A DNA stretch of 63,865 nt, filler included, from Octopus bimaculoides (lineage: Eukaryota), in NCBI RefSeq assembly GCF_001194135.2. It is 5 parts of 4 records of this genome, joined end to end, with 100 filler letters (N's around TTAATTAATTAA, not from the genome) between each part and the next. Parts side by side here need not be neighbours in the genome. Positions count along the whole stretch, not along the records: positions 26,458 to 55,365 come from NC_068982.1; positions 55,466 to 60,397 come from NC_069002.1; positions 60,498 to 62,159 come from NC_068996.1; positions 62,260 to 63,865 come from NC_068986.1; 1 more part is not named here. One strand, written 5' to 3'. Under the pieces are notes generated by a model. The model saw nothing but the letters and a program-made list of their open reading frames with translations, was not told the DNA's origin and did no database searches. Shown here in pieces: positions 50,761 through 63,726 of the stretch. Every line of letters begins with the position of its first letter. The first letter of the stretch is position 1. The translations under genes and the position numbers were made by a program.

Positions 50761-51972
50761 ACACACATACACACGGACACATGAGATCGCTGATTGTGGA
50801 ATCTAATTTTATTTGACTTAAAATTCAAACATAACTGTAATATAGTAATTAATCTACTAGTAGTAAATAACGTCATAAAAGGCTAACCATAAAGGTATAA
50901 GACCAGTCATATTACACCTATTTATGTCTAAACTTCACCTCTTCCGTACCATATCGAATCTAAATCTATATCAACCGGGTTATTTTCTGAAACCAGAAAG
51001 AAATGGTGCGATTATTCCTACAGAAACGTATCTTTATTTATAAGTTTATTCTCAAAATCGAAATACGTATATGTGACTGGAATTTTATGAAGTTTACTAA
51101 CTGGGAAACAAAAACAAATGACAATAAATGTGATACCACTGTAGAATTATAATGATTATGGTTACCATGTAAGTGAATAAGACTTAGGTTTCAGAAAAGA
51201 AGGCGTAAAAGCACAACTCTATAAGATACAATCCCAGCGATAATTTAGCAATATATATGATATGTTCACTTAGTCGATGATAGCACTTTGTTTCTCCCCG
51301 AAAAACTTCCGTTTAACCATTTAGTAGACTCTGCTGTTACATAGATAATTTATTCTCTTACTACGTTTCGTTCAATCAGCAGGCCATAATATACACAGAA
51401 ACGCAATCTTATATTTATTCTAGCCTAATTTCTGTAAAAGAGTTCCTTAAAAGCATACGATGATTTCAAATACTTTACTTCTCGGTCAAATTTCTCGGTA
51501 GATAATAACTTCTACTATGTTACTTAGTCATCTGAAAATCGGAATCAATAATCACCTCGCCGAGTCGCTTAGCATGGAAAAGATTTTATGGAGAGTGACC
51601 TTGAAAACATTCAGTAAGGTAAGAAAATTTCAATATTATATATGCATATATAATTGCATACACACATATATCAAATCAGTTTCATAAAGTTGCAAAATTT
51701 CTTCTTCATTTGTCATGGTCATTTACTTTATTTCAAATTACGCTCTGCAATCAACTACTGATTTATTCTGAAAAAATATGTGTATTGAATTCTAAAACAA
51801 GATTATAAATATGGTTATTACTAAGGCAATTAATATATATATATATATAACAATTAAAAGGGTAAAGGATTATCAACTTATTAATAAATTAATAACCAAT
51901 AATTTTTACCAAGCCCATCGGTATGTAAGCACCATTATCGGTGTGGAACCTATTTAAAAGTTCTTATACATT

Positions 51973-52309
51973 TATAAACAAAATTAAGGGATCAGCAAAA
52001 CAGGTTGCTTCACCACATACCGAAGTTCAGAAACAGCAGCCAAAAATGCTGAAACCCCAACAGATAGCAGCTACCCGCAACTCACATAGGCAAAACAAGA
52101 AGAAAAATAACGAACTAAACTAGCCATAGCTAATCATAGACATGTTTCTGGCTCAGAAGGATAAAAACTCCTTACCACTTCATCGGTATGATAATCCCGC
52201 TGCAAATTCGACGATACTCTGTTGGAGTTTCAGCATTTTTGGCTGCTGTTTCTGAACTTCGGTATGTGGTGAAGCAACTTGTTTTGCTGATCCCTTAATT
52301 TTGTTTATA
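51973..52309 (-). mobile_element. PLE-like pseudo-LTR with hammerhead (52133-52192, minus) inside ~91-bp near-perfect inverted arms
   Basis: Arms 51973-52064 and 52218-52309 (2 mismatches). Spacer on the minus strand: atcata-CCGATGA-ag-TGG..aagga/tcctt..CCA-GAAAC-at-GTC-tatgat. Confidence 0.75.
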
Positions 52310-52324
52310 TATATATATATATAC

Positions 52325-52355
<31 letters not shown>

Positions 52356-53425
52356 TGATATTTTATAATTATATACATAATTATAACAAGGGGTCGGCTT
52401 TATGGCTCACCATACACCGTAAGAAATAGACGCTAAAGTCTTTTTTACTACCTTAAAATCACACTTTATTGCAGGCATGTAAAAGAAAAATAATGAATCA
52501 ATAAGGCTGATTAACTATGGACGCGTTTCGAACTTAAATTAAAAGATACATTTTACTTACTGTTACTCTATATGCCTCCCTGTGAAATCTAATGTCCCGG
52601 CCATANNNNNNNNNNNNNNNNNNNNNNNNNNNNNNNNNNNNNNNNNNNNNNNNNNNNNNNNNNNNNNNNNNNNNNNNNNNNNNNNNNNNNNNNNNNNNNN
52701 NNNNNNNNNNNNNNNNNNNNNNNNNNNNNNNNNNNNNNNNNNNNNNNNNNNNNNNNNNNNNNNNNNNNNNNNNNNNNNNNNNNNNNNNNNNNNNNNNNNN
52801 NNNNNNNNNNNNNNNNNNNNNNNNNNNNNNNNNNNNNNNNNNNNNNNNNNNNNNNNNNNNNNNNNNNNNNNNNNNNNNNNNNNNNNNNNNNNNNNNNNNN
52901 NNNNNNNNNNNNNNNNNNNNNNNNNNNNNNNNNNNNNNNNNNNNNNNNNNNNNNNNNNNNNNNNNNNNNNNNNNNNNNNNNNNNNNNNNNNNNNNNNNNN
53001 NNNNNNNNNNNNNNNNNNNNNNNNNNNNNNNNNNNNNNNNNNNNNNNNNNNNNNNNNNNNNNNNNNNNNNNNNNNNNNNNNNNNNNNNNNNNNNNNNNNN
53101 NNNNNNNNNNNNNNNNNNNNNNNNNNNNNNNNNNNNNNNNNNNNNNNNNNNNNNNNNNNNNNNNNNNNNNNNNNNNNNNNNNNNNNNNNNNNNNNNNNNN
53201 NNNNNNNNNNNNNNNNNNNNNNNNNNNNNNNNNNNNNNNNNNNNNNNNNNNNNNNNNNNNNNNNNNNNNNNNNNNNNNNNNNNNNNNNNNNNNNNNNNNN
53301 NNNNNNNNNNNNNNNNNNNNNNNNNNNNNNNNNNNNNNNNNNNNNNNNNNNNNNNNNNNNNNNNNNNNNNNNNNNNNNNNNNNNNNNNNNNNNNNNNNNN
53401 NNNNNNNNNNNNNNNNNNNNNNNNN

Positions 53426-53465
<40 letters not shown>

Positions 53466-54030
53466 TACATATACATATTTACCTGCACATACGTATTTAC
53501 ATATACATGTAAACAAACTTTTGAAATAATGATTTCCTTTCGCTATATATCGAGATATATGCTGCTGGCAACTGGCTTCCAATTAAAAGTCATTGAATAT
53601 GAAATGCATCTTTACTTTTTCTGCGAAAGGAGAATTGCTAAGACTCCCTTGATTTGATTAATCGTACTTGATTAAAAGTGTGCAGGTTCAATACATTTTG
53701 CATCGGTGCACATTATATCAATAGAAATATGCGGAGGTGTATATTTACTTGATTTGTTTGTTTCATTTTTCCCTTGAAAAAGAGAACATCCGACTGAACG
53801 GTACATATCGTGAGTACATAGTATAGATGTCAAGTCAAAGACTAGTCAATTGTTGCTGTTGTAGTAATAATAATTGCTGTTCTTGTTGCGGCTATCACAT
53901 CTCGCCTATCTTATATGTCTTTTCGCACATCATGCTGATAGTGTTTGGTCTGATCGAGATTTGATTAGCATTACTAACAATATCATCAACGACATTTACA
54001 TTCCATCCTTGCATCATATTTTATATACTA

Positions 54031-54259
54031 CGAGGGTAGTGTGGTAAATGTCTTGGCTTTAGATAAAAAAAATACAGGCGGATCAGTTAATTATGATTTT
54101 ATCACACACATCTTGCAGTAGTCCTTCAGTTTTTCTAAGCCCCGTAAAAGAACTTGGAAGTTTGGGCCGCCAACCATACCTTTCGCGATACTCTTAAATA
54201 CTGAATACTCTTAAATACAAAGATAATCTTAGATACTGGAACTTTTCAGTACCTATTCG
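54031..54259 (-). mobile_element. Non-autonomous mariner, same family as 39799-40018
   Basis: TA-CGAGGGTAG..ACCTATTCG-TA; internal gtccttcagtttttctaagcccc is the reverse complement of the 39880-39905 segment. Confidence 0.75.
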
Positions 54260-55165
54260 TATTATTGTAACAGTGGAAATATTTTAGTAGCTTAAATAAC
54301 GAAACAAAAATTAGTCGCTCATTTCCACTAAATTCTATGGTATGGTGACTTATACAGATATGATATATCCCTTTCCAGGGAAAAATTTGGTATAGTTACA
54401 TTCGAAATAAAGTAAATCCTATCCTTACTTTACATGAATAATGATAAAAATGAACGAGTACCTACTAAATTACATTGAATTATATCGCATGAAACAAAGT
54501 GGAAAGGGAATTTTTTTAGGTCAAAGCTCTTCAGTTTAAAAAAAATTTAATCCCGTGGAATTAGTGAGAAAATGTTTTATATATACTAGAACAAAGACCG
54601 TCTCCGGGCGGTTTTCTGTTAGCAACTTGATAATGTTTTCACATTTGATTGTCAATTCTAATAATTTTTATGATATTTTACGTTTAATTATTTATATGTA
54701 TAATAATGCTCACTTGCTTAGTAAATATTGCCTTCGAAATTTTATCACAGTCATAAACATCACGGTAGTCTAACAGTAGAGAGAAGCAGTTTGTCGAATA
54801 TTATCTTCCCGTCAGATCAACAGAGAGAATTCAATTCTGCAGCCCATCTATAAGTTTTACAGTGTGTGTGAGAGAGAGGGGGAGAGAGAACATTGCAAAC
54901 AATGAATGAAATGAACATGAAATGAAAAAATAAACGGACATTACTACAGATGTATACGCCCCGATTTTGTTACCTCATAACATACAGAAAAATGGATACT
55001 TTTAAACAAAATTTGTACAAATATCGCTTAGTTGCTGTGGCTTCAGAGTATATAAGGATTTAATTGTTCGGAGGGGGCGGAAAGAGGAGTATCAGAAAGT
55101 TCACATGATCTGACTTTTTCTCTTACAACTTTCAGGAAAATAGGTGTTTTAATGAATGTTTACAC

Positions 55166-55323
55166 AGGAGTGGCTGTGTGGTAAGAATCTTGCTTCCCAA
55201 CAAGATGCTTTCGGGTTCAGTTTCATTGCGTGGCAACTTGCGCAAGTGTCTTTTACTATAGCCTCGGGCCGCCCAAAGCCTTGTGAGTGGTTTTGGTAGA
55301 CTGATCGGAAAAAAGCCCGACGA
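55166..55323 (+). mobile_element. SINE family D, 5' half
   Basis: aggagtggctgtgtggtaagaatcttgcttccc..aaaagcccgacg, then (TA)n. Confidence 0.82.
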
Positions 55324-55327
55324 ATAT

Positions 55328-55365
<38 letters not shown>

Positions 55366-55719
55366 NNNNNNNNNNNNNNNNNNNNNNNNNNNNNNNNNNN
55401 NNNNNNNNNTTAATTAATTAANNNNNNNNNNNNNNNNNNNNNNNNNNNNNNNNNNNNNNNNNNNNCTCCTCCTCGCCTTCCCACTCCTTTTATTCTTCCT
55501 CCCCTCCTCTTTCTCCTACTTTTCTTCTTCCTCGTTCTTCTTTTCTTCCCCCTCCTTTTCTCTTCTTTCTGCTCCACTTCAGCATTTTTCATTTTGTTTT
55601 TTTTCGTCTTCTCACTCTCTCTACTTCATTCATTCATTCATTCATTCATTCATTCTTTCTTTCTTTTTTCTTTCTGTCTGTGTTTCTTTCTTTCTTATTT
55701 CCTTCTATCTTTTTTCTTC

Positions 55720-55770
<51 letters not shown>

Positions 55771-56074
55771 AATGTAAACTCCGAGTACAACCGGGGGCGA
55801 CTATGCTAGGTCTGTTCAAGTCCATATCGCTGCATTCAGGAAATCAAGATAGCTGGAACTTCCTCTCCCTTATTGGCTACACTAACGTAATCCCTGCGTG
55901 CGCCTAAGTTGTCATTCCAGTCGCCCACACTAGTACTAATCACGGAGTGTTTCAGCTCCCGTCCGGACAAAAATGGCCGCTGATATTTGAAAAAGTTCCA
56001 CCCTCTTTATTGATCCCGTCTACGGTTCACTTACCTACGATCCAGAACTAGGGCGATCGTGATTATTTAGTGAG

Positions 56075-56342
56075 TTCGATTCTCGGACAGAGCTGCGTGC
56101 TGTGTTCTCGAGCAAGACACTTTATTTCGCTTTGCTCCAGTTCAATCAGCCGTAGAAATGAGTAACGATATCACTAGTGACAAGCTGCATCGGCCTTTGC
56201 CTTTCTCTTGGATGATATCGGTTGGGTGGAGAGGAGAGGCTGGTATGCATGGGCAACAGATGGTCTTCCATAAAAAAAAAACTTATCCCGGACTTTGGCC
56301 TCGGAAGATAACTTTCTAGATGCAATCCCATAGTCATTCATG
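56075..56342 (+). mobile_element. tRNA-derived SINE (family F-like head)
   Basis: gagttcgattctc B-box, then tcgagcaagacactttatttcgctttgctccagttcaatcagc. Confidence 0.65.
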
Positions 56343-57071
56343 NNNNNNNNNNNNNNNNNNNNNNNNNNNNNNNNNNNNNNNNNNNNNNNNNNNNNNNNNN
56401 NNNNNNNNNNNNNNNNNNNNNNNNNNNNNNNNNNNNNNNNNNNNNNNNNNNNNNNNNNNNNNNNNNNNNNNNNNNNNNNNNNNNNNNNNNNNNNNNNNNN
56501 NNNNNNNNNNNNNNNNNNNNNNNNNNNNNNNNNNNNNNNNNNNNNNNNNNNNNNNNNNNNNNNNNNNNNNNNNNNNNNNNNNNNNNNNNNNNNNNNNNNN
56601 NNNNNNNNNNNNNNNNNNNNNNNNNNNNNNNNNNNNNNNNNNNNNNNNNNNNNNNNNNNNNNNNNNNNNNNNNNNNNNNNNNNNNNNNNNNNNNNNNNNN
56701 NNNNNNNNNNNNNNNNNNNNNNNNNNNNNNNNNNNNNNNNNNNNNNNNNNNNNNNNNNNNNNNNNNNNNNNNNNNNNNNNNNNNNNNNNNNNNNNNNNNN
56801 NNNNNNNNNNNNNNNNNNNNNNNNNNNNNNNNNNNNNNNNNNNNNNNNNNNNNNNNNNNNNNNNNNNNNNNNNNNNNNNNNNNNNNNNNNNNNNNNNNNN
56901 NNNNNNNNNNNNNNNATATATAAAAAAGTCAAAATATCTAACTTCAAACCACTTTTTGATAAATCCGATAACGGAAGAAAGCGCTAAGTATAAATAAAAT
57001 GTAAATAAAAACTATATATATAATCAACCAACATTCTGACTACTTGTCTGTCTGTCTGTCTGCCTCTGTCA

Positions 57072-57173
<102 letters not shown>

Positions 57174-57680
57174 CTGTGTATATATATATATATATATATA
57201 CATGTCTTTGAAGAGATTATGTCTCATTAAGAACACAGTATCATGCCTTTTAACAGTATATATACACATCTAACATGAAACACGGATGGCGATTTATTTT
57301 AATTTCATTTCATTCTATTTTCAGTTGCGTTCGACGAGAAATGAAAGTGTCAAACAAAAGTTAACGCGTATTTACTATTTCTTTTCAATTAGAAAAAAAT
57401 TTATCAATAACAGCAACAAAAAAACGCAGAGTAGACTTTTACTAAATGGATTAAACATTTGATAGGGCAATGTTTAAACGTGCACGTTTATTTGTAATTG
57501 ATGACGAGTTTCAGATATCAAAGATAATGAAAGATAATGAATTGCACTGAGATCAGAGGTCAATCAGAACATACTAGATCTTATTTATACCTGTGAATGT
57601 TGTATTTATTATTACAACTGGTCGTGTTGGTAGTTTGGCTCGACTAGAATCTTTATAATCTTTTTGTTACAATAGGGAGT

Positions 57681-58122
57681 AGGAGTGGCTGTGTGGTAAG
57701 TAGCTTGCTTACGAACCACATGGTTTCGGGTTCAGTCCCCACTGCGTGGCACCTTGGGCAAGTGTCTTCTACTATAGCCTTGGGCCGACCAAAACCTTGT
57801 GAGTTGATTTGGTAGACGGAAACTGAAAGAAGCCCGTCGTATATATATATATGTATATATATATATGTATGTGCGTGTGTATGTTTGTGCGTCTGTGTTT
57901 GTCCCCCCCCCCCCNNNNNNNNNNNNNNNNNNNNNNNNNNNNNNNAATATAGCTTGACAACCGATGTTGGTGTGTTTACGTCCCTGTAACTTAGCGGTTC
58001 GGCAAAAGAGACCGATAGAATAAGTACTAGGCTTAGAAAGAATAAGTCCCGGGTTCGATTTGCTCGACTAAAGGCGGTGCTCCTGCATGGCCACAGTCAA
58101 ATGACTGAAACAAGTAAAAGAG
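57681..58122 (+). mobile_element. SINE family D, full composite
   Basis: Head, (TA)/(TG)n, poly-C and gap, then 3' half, as at 781-1183. Confidence 0.88.
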
Positions 58123-58207
58123 CAAAAGAGTATATTTCTGTTGAAATACGGTTTTTGAAAATAATGAAGAATTTAGTAAAATAACTGACATTATTAAGTT
58201 GGTGTAA

Positions 58208-58622
58208 GTCGGTGAGCTGGCAGAAACGTTAGCACGCCGGGCAAAATGCTTAGCGGCATTTCGTCCGTCTTTACGTTCTGATTTCAAATTCCGTCGAGGT
58301 CGACTTTGCCTTTCATCCTTTCAGGGTCGATAAAATAAGTACTAGCTGAGTTAAAGATGTAGTCGACTATTTCTCTCCACCAAAAATTTCAGGTCGTGTA
58401 TCAATTGTAGAAAAGATTATTGTTTGAGGTGGCGAACTGTTGGAGTCGTTAGCACGTCGGACATTTCTTCTAGCTTTACGTTCTGAGTTCGAGTTCCACT
58501 GAGGTCGACTTTGCCTTTCATACTTTCGGGTCGATAATATAAATACTAGTTTAGCACAGGTGTCAATGTCATCGACTAGCTCCCTCTTACGAAACTTCAA
58601 GCCTCGTGACTATAACACAAAT
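58208..58622 (+). mobile_element. Two tandem SINE family C copies (58208-58410 and 58426-58622)
   Basis: Both carry gaggtcgactttgcctttcat..gggtcgataa. Confidence 0.88.
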
Positions 58623-59169
58623 GATTAAGTCGGTGTTTAGGACAGATTATCACGATCTCTTTATAAGGAGTTTTAAGTTAGAACTCCTTTAAACAGAAGG
58701 TTTGAATCATAGAATCATGGGCGGTTTAAGACGGATTGGTGTCAAAAGGATTATTGTAAAGAAGATATTTAAAATGTATTTTTTGCTCTCATTATCGAGA
58801 TTAACTACTCTGACTTCCAATCTTCCTAAAAACCAACGAAATCTTCAGAAATACGTTTACAATTGAATATTGGACCCTAAGCATATTCTCCTTATATTTT
58901 CCTTCTGCTGTCATTGATTTGTCTTCTGTTTTTAAATTGGGGTCAGGCTGTAAGTTTAGTGTAGAAGAAAAACTGGGAACACAGTTCTTGGAAGAAAACG
59001 ACAGAGATCTTTACAGCATGTAAAATTGCAGTACTTGGGGGTTCAACACTCACATGTTCTATAATCTTGAGCAAAGCTTCTAGAAACTTCGGAAATACAA
59101 TTTGGTGGGAATTTATACAACTTTCTTTAAAGTTTACCGCCCTTATTTGCTACATCCCAACCGATACTC

Positions 59170-59330
59170 ATTTTTTCTTTCATTTTTTACACAACTTTTC
59201 TTTCATTTTTTCTTTCATTTTTTATACAACTCCTTTTCTTTCATTTTTTATACAACTTTTCTTTCATTTTTCTTTCATTTTTTATACAACTTTTCTTTCA
59301 TTTTTCTTTCAATTTTTATACAACTCCTAA
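59170..59330. repeat. Minisatellite, unit approx. ttttctttcattttttatacaac
   Basis: About five irregular copies. A hAT-like end (ggttgagaagctctg) lies at ~59430-59445. Confidence 0.8.
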
Positions 59331-59566
59331 TATTTAATTATAAAAACACAATATGATTTTTTTAAACATGGAATAATTATGAGGGTCCAGTTGATTAAAA
59401 TATTAACTAAAGGGGTCCATAAACAAAATACGGTTGAGAAGCTCTGGTGTAAGTGATAAGACGGCGAACAGACAATGTTGTGGTACTTGGTTCGCTTTCT
59501 ATCATCGCTACAGTTCGGAATAATTCAGTTCGTTGTAAGTAGTTTCCATATTCCAAAACTAACATA

Positions 59567-59777
59567 CGAGGGGTGTATGAAAAGTTTTGAACCTTCAAGA
59601 ACTTTGAGCCTTGAAGTCTTGTACCTTCATCAGAAGTCTTGTACCTTCATCAGAAGTCTTGTACCTTCATCAGAAGTCTTGTACCTTCATCAGAAATCTT
59701 GTACCTTCATCAGAAGTCTTGTATCATGTTTTTTTTTGTTTTTTTTTTGAGGCTCAAGACTTTTCATAAACCCCTCG
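59567..59777. mobile_element. Mariner-type MITE with internal 20-bp minisatellite (59613-59722)
   Basis: TA-CGAGGGGTGTATGAAAAGTTTTGAACCT .. AGGCTCAAGACTTTTTCATAAACCCCTCG-TA, with 5.5 copies of gaagtcttgtaccttcatca. Confidence 0.88.
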
Positions 59778-60017
59778 TATTTCACCTTAACTCCGAGTAT
59801 CCAGTTGGGTCAAGTTTCTTGTACGACTTTGAATTGTCATAGATCTATTTTCAACGCTAATCGTCATTGAATTTTAACATCATCAATAAATCTTTCCAGA
59901 ATGAACGCGAGATAGGCGCAAAAAAAAGACAAAAAGGTATTAAATAACGAAGGAAAACAACAGAAAAAGAAACAAACACACAAAACCTAGATAATAGTAA
60001 ACCAGAAATAGTATATT

Positions 60018-60398
60018 GTGATGATGATGATGATGAAGGTGGGGATGATGATGATGATGATGATGGTAGTGGTGGTGTTGGTGGTGATGATTATGACGAC
60101 GACAACGACTGTGACTACCGTACTACCACTAAAACCACTAGAACCAACACCACCACTGACACAACCTCCAACACCACCAATACCCCCCACTCCAGCATCT
60201 GCAACACTATCTGCAGCACCATCATCAGGACCATTATCAGCACCACCCCAAGCACGCAACCGAAGTCGTCATCGTTGACACTGCCATCATCACCACCATC
60301 ACCACCACCACCACAACCACCACCGCCGCTGCTACGACGACGACGACCACCACCACCACCACTGCCAACACTACCACCATCACCACAACCATCAACAN
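60018..60398. repeat. Degenerate trinucleotide low-complexity tract (GAT/GGT, then CCA/CAA/CAT)
   Basis: Compositional; continues into an N gap and (TAT)n. Confidence 0.85.
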
Positions 60399-60497
60399 NN
60401 NNNNNNNNNNNNNNNNNNNNNNNNNNNNNNNNNNNNNNNNNTTAATTAATTAANNNNNNNNNNNNNNNNNNNNNNNNNNNNNNNNNNNNNNNNNNNN

Positions 60498-60585
<88 letters not shown>

Positions 60586-60769
60586 GTTATTATTATTATT
60601 ATCATTATTATTATTCGACTGTTCTTTCATCCTTTCGGGTCTATGACATAAGTTTCAACTAAGCACTCGGGTCGATATAATCGAGTAAGACAGATCTCTC
60701 AATTGCAAGCCTTGTACTTATAACAGAAAGCATTATTATTAAAGTATGTCAAACAGCTGCTAACGCGTC

Positions 60770-61345
60770 TGGGACAAATCCGACTATCGGCCAAGTCCAT
60801 TGTGAAAATAGCCCTACCACCCACCCACCTTTAACAAGGCAGGGCAGGCGGTGTTCCTGTCTAGCGGTTAGGAAAGAGATTGTACGGTGAACGAGTCTGA
60901 AAGGATTTTGAAAAGACTCTTTCCTCTTCGATTAAACTCTCATCATCTTTAAAAGTTCCGCTTGAAAAGGAAAGTGAAGGCGGAGAGGAAAGTGTTACCG
61001 TTCTGTGAATTTGTGAAAAAATGGCTGACTGTGTCGAAAATGGTTAGAGTGAATATCCTTACTCTAAGTATGCGTCTGTAGATTGGAAAGCATGTGAGAG
61101 GACTCGCACCTTTGTCGGTCAGGGTAATCCTGGATCTGGTGGAGTTCCTTGATTGGTCCTATTTGAAGCATCTCCTGTACCAAGAGGACTGAATCATTCA
61201 TATTATCACACACACTTTGTATTCTATGTATACTTTTATTGCATTTCACTGATCTTTTCCGTTTATTTCTCCCCATGTAAATCCCTAAACAAATTGTGTA
61301 TCATCTTTGTGATGTCCACCTTATCTGTGCCCCTGTGACTAATAA
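60770..61345 (+). mobile_element. Tx1 (L1-clade) LINE 3' end
   Basis: ..HHL*KFRLKRKVKAERKVLPFCEFVKKWLTVSKMVRVNILTLSMRL* (stop 61079-61081), T-rich 3' UTR ending gcccctgtgactaataaaa, then (ATT)n. Confidence 0.7.
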
Positions 61346-61351
61346 AATAAG

Positions 61352-61392
<41 letters not shown>

Positions 61393-61464
61393 GTTGTTGT
61401 CTTTATTATTATTATCATTATTATTGTTGTTCTGATTATTAGAAATAGAAGAAGAAGCAGCAGA

Positions 61465-61540
<76 letters not shown>

Positions 61541-62259
61541 ATTGTAGTTGTTGCTGTTTTTGGTCTCTAGTTATTTACATATAACTGTGGAAGCGTTTGC
61601 TTATGAGTCATATTACAAAAACACCTATTATTTATTGGGCTTGTTTTGACTGGAATTTAAATACTTGATTCTAAAGATATGAAGTCCTCTTTAATATTCT
61701 ATAAATAATATAGATTTCAGAATTTAACTTCCAACACGTCGCCATTTTATAAATTGATTTACCAGCCAGTTCATACTGTGAGAAATTGTGAAATTGTTTG
61801 AAATTGTTTGAAACCTCCCGTTAAGATTCATCTTCTCGAACAATAACAGATAGTTCATATTACATTTCCGATAAACCGCTATTAAAGGGCTAGTGACCAA
61901 ATAATAAGCCTAAATGTCCTCTTTCCTTGAACTGAGAACTCCACAGGTTTTGAAGCGATCAGGAGACTAAAATCTGACAGTTATAATACAAAAATGACTA
62001 TGGTGTGATTTGGATGCGTTTAGCTTCAAATGGCTTCGGAATATAAAGTAATGTTTGTTTGTTTGTTTGTTTTTTTTTGTTTTTTTTTTAATGTTTGGAT
62101 CTAGAATACTAGAGAATTCATCAAACTGGTGGAGCTAATTACAGTAGCTCTGTAGGAATNNNNNNNNNNNNNNNNNNNNNNNNNNNNNNNNNNNNNNNNN
62201 NNNTTAATTAATTAANNNNNNNNNNNNNNNNNNNNNNNNNNNNNNNNNNNNNNNNNNNN

Positions 62260-63117
62260 ATCTTCACTTCTGTGGTATCTAAAAGCATCTAGTACAAGCA
62301 AGCTGTTGTGCTGTTTAATTGCTCCACCAGGACGATTTCCCCATACAGTGTCAATCCAATCTCTAAAGAACTCATCATCCATCCAGCCTTTTTGTTGATA
62401 TCTAACAATAATCCTTGTTTTTGGGTGCTGTTTTACGTTTGAATATTATATAAGGTTTAAGTTGGGTACCGTCAGCCATACAAGCTAACATGACGGTAAA
62501 ACGATTTTTTTTCATGGCCAGTGGTTTTAATTGTAATTGACGATGTACCACTGAAATCTATTGTGCTATCTGCAGGCATATCAAAAGTTAATGTGGTCTG
62601 GTCCGCATTACCAATCAATGACATTGGGTAATCCTTTTCCCGTCGCATTTTAATAATAAACTTTTGAAAGACCATTGACTTCTCTTCAATATCAGCTGGT
62701 AACTTTTGTGAAATGTGGGTTCGCCTCCTAATAGACCAGTCATGCCTTGACATAAAGTTACTGGCCCAACCACGCGATGCTTTAAATTCTGACTCATTAA
62801 GTTTTACCTTTTTTAGCAATGAGTTTTGCCTGTAGCCTCAAATGTACTGTATTAGTGGCTATTCCGCCAAGTCTTCTTTCCTCTACCCATTCAAGCAAAA
62901 TTTTTTCAAGCTCAGGATGTTTGGCTTCTCCCCCCCCCCCCCGCTTCTTGCCTTTTTTCATCTTTGGCATCTGTTTAATTTCATCTTTATTTCTTCTCCA
63001 TAACCTGACATTGCTTTCGTCAACATCAAATTTTCTTCCGGCGGCCCTATCACCATGCTCTTCAGCATATGATATAACTTCAAGTTTAAACATAGTTGAA
63101 TAAGATCTACGAGGCAT
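62260..63117 (-). pseudogene. pogo-like transposase: Brinker-type HTH, CENP-B HTH and DDE_1; three frameshifts
   Basis: MPRRSYSTMFKLEVISYAEEHGDRAAGRKFDVDESNVRLWRR..FKASRGWASNFMSRHDWSIRRRT..IGNADQT..RFTVMLACMADGTQLKPYIIFKRK/IIVRYQQKGWMDDE..VWGNRPG..LLVLDAFRYH. Confidence 0.9.
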
Positions 63118-63726
63118 TTTATGGGCATGTAGTGTATAAAATGTTTTATTGGAGATTAATGTACAGGTTTAAGTCCCGCTTATAACAAACCCTAGTAAAG
63201 ACCCACAGTAGTTCAAACATTCAATACCGGTATTTAATTAAGTATCTACCGTTTGCCACAGTAACGATGCAAACTGTCAATTCAAACAGCAGGATGAACT
63301 ACTTAGCGCTAAACTATTAAGCACAACTCATGCGTAATTAAGCCAGCAGCACCTAGTCGAACAAACACTTCCGCGCATGCGTAATACAATAATGGTGATG
63401 TTCTTAACTGTTATATGGGAATGTAAATATGTTTGCAAATTGTTACATGTTATTCCGTGTTCTGAATACTTTTATTCTAATAAATGTTGCTAACTACAAG
63501 TTATGGATGATTCTTTTATGACTTCATTGCTTTCAGGTTTAGCTTAAGGTATTTTCGCGCCCGACATCACAAAATGCGTCTGAATAAACATTGCCGGACA
63601 GCAAATAGAGACTCGGACATTGCTTAGAAAATATTTTTCCTTTTTGACCTCGTATATAGTACGCACTAGGGATTTTGACCTTTAAATTTTGGGAAAAAAA
63701 TGCGGATTATACTCGAGGATTTACGG
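62260..63726 (-). mobile_element. pogo-family (POGK/Passer-like) DNA transposon; 3' part lost in the N gap
   Basis: 5' terminus TA|CCGTAAATCCTCGAGTATAA at 63726; transposase at 63117-62260. Confidence 0.88.

Noticed and set aside
52520-52535. GAAACGCGTC (minus strand) hammerhead 3' half
   Set aside because: The 5' core and stem II are not visible, so at most it is a PLE remnant.
59613-59722. CRISPR-like array, or tandem CTGATGA hammerhead cores on the minus strand
   Set aside because: There are no spacers, and no stem II or GAAA follows the CTGATGA; it is a minisatellite within a mariner MITE.
60018-60278. Pro/Thr-rich 86-aa ORF
   Set aside because: Product of degenerate trinucleotide repeats; no domain or splice evidence.
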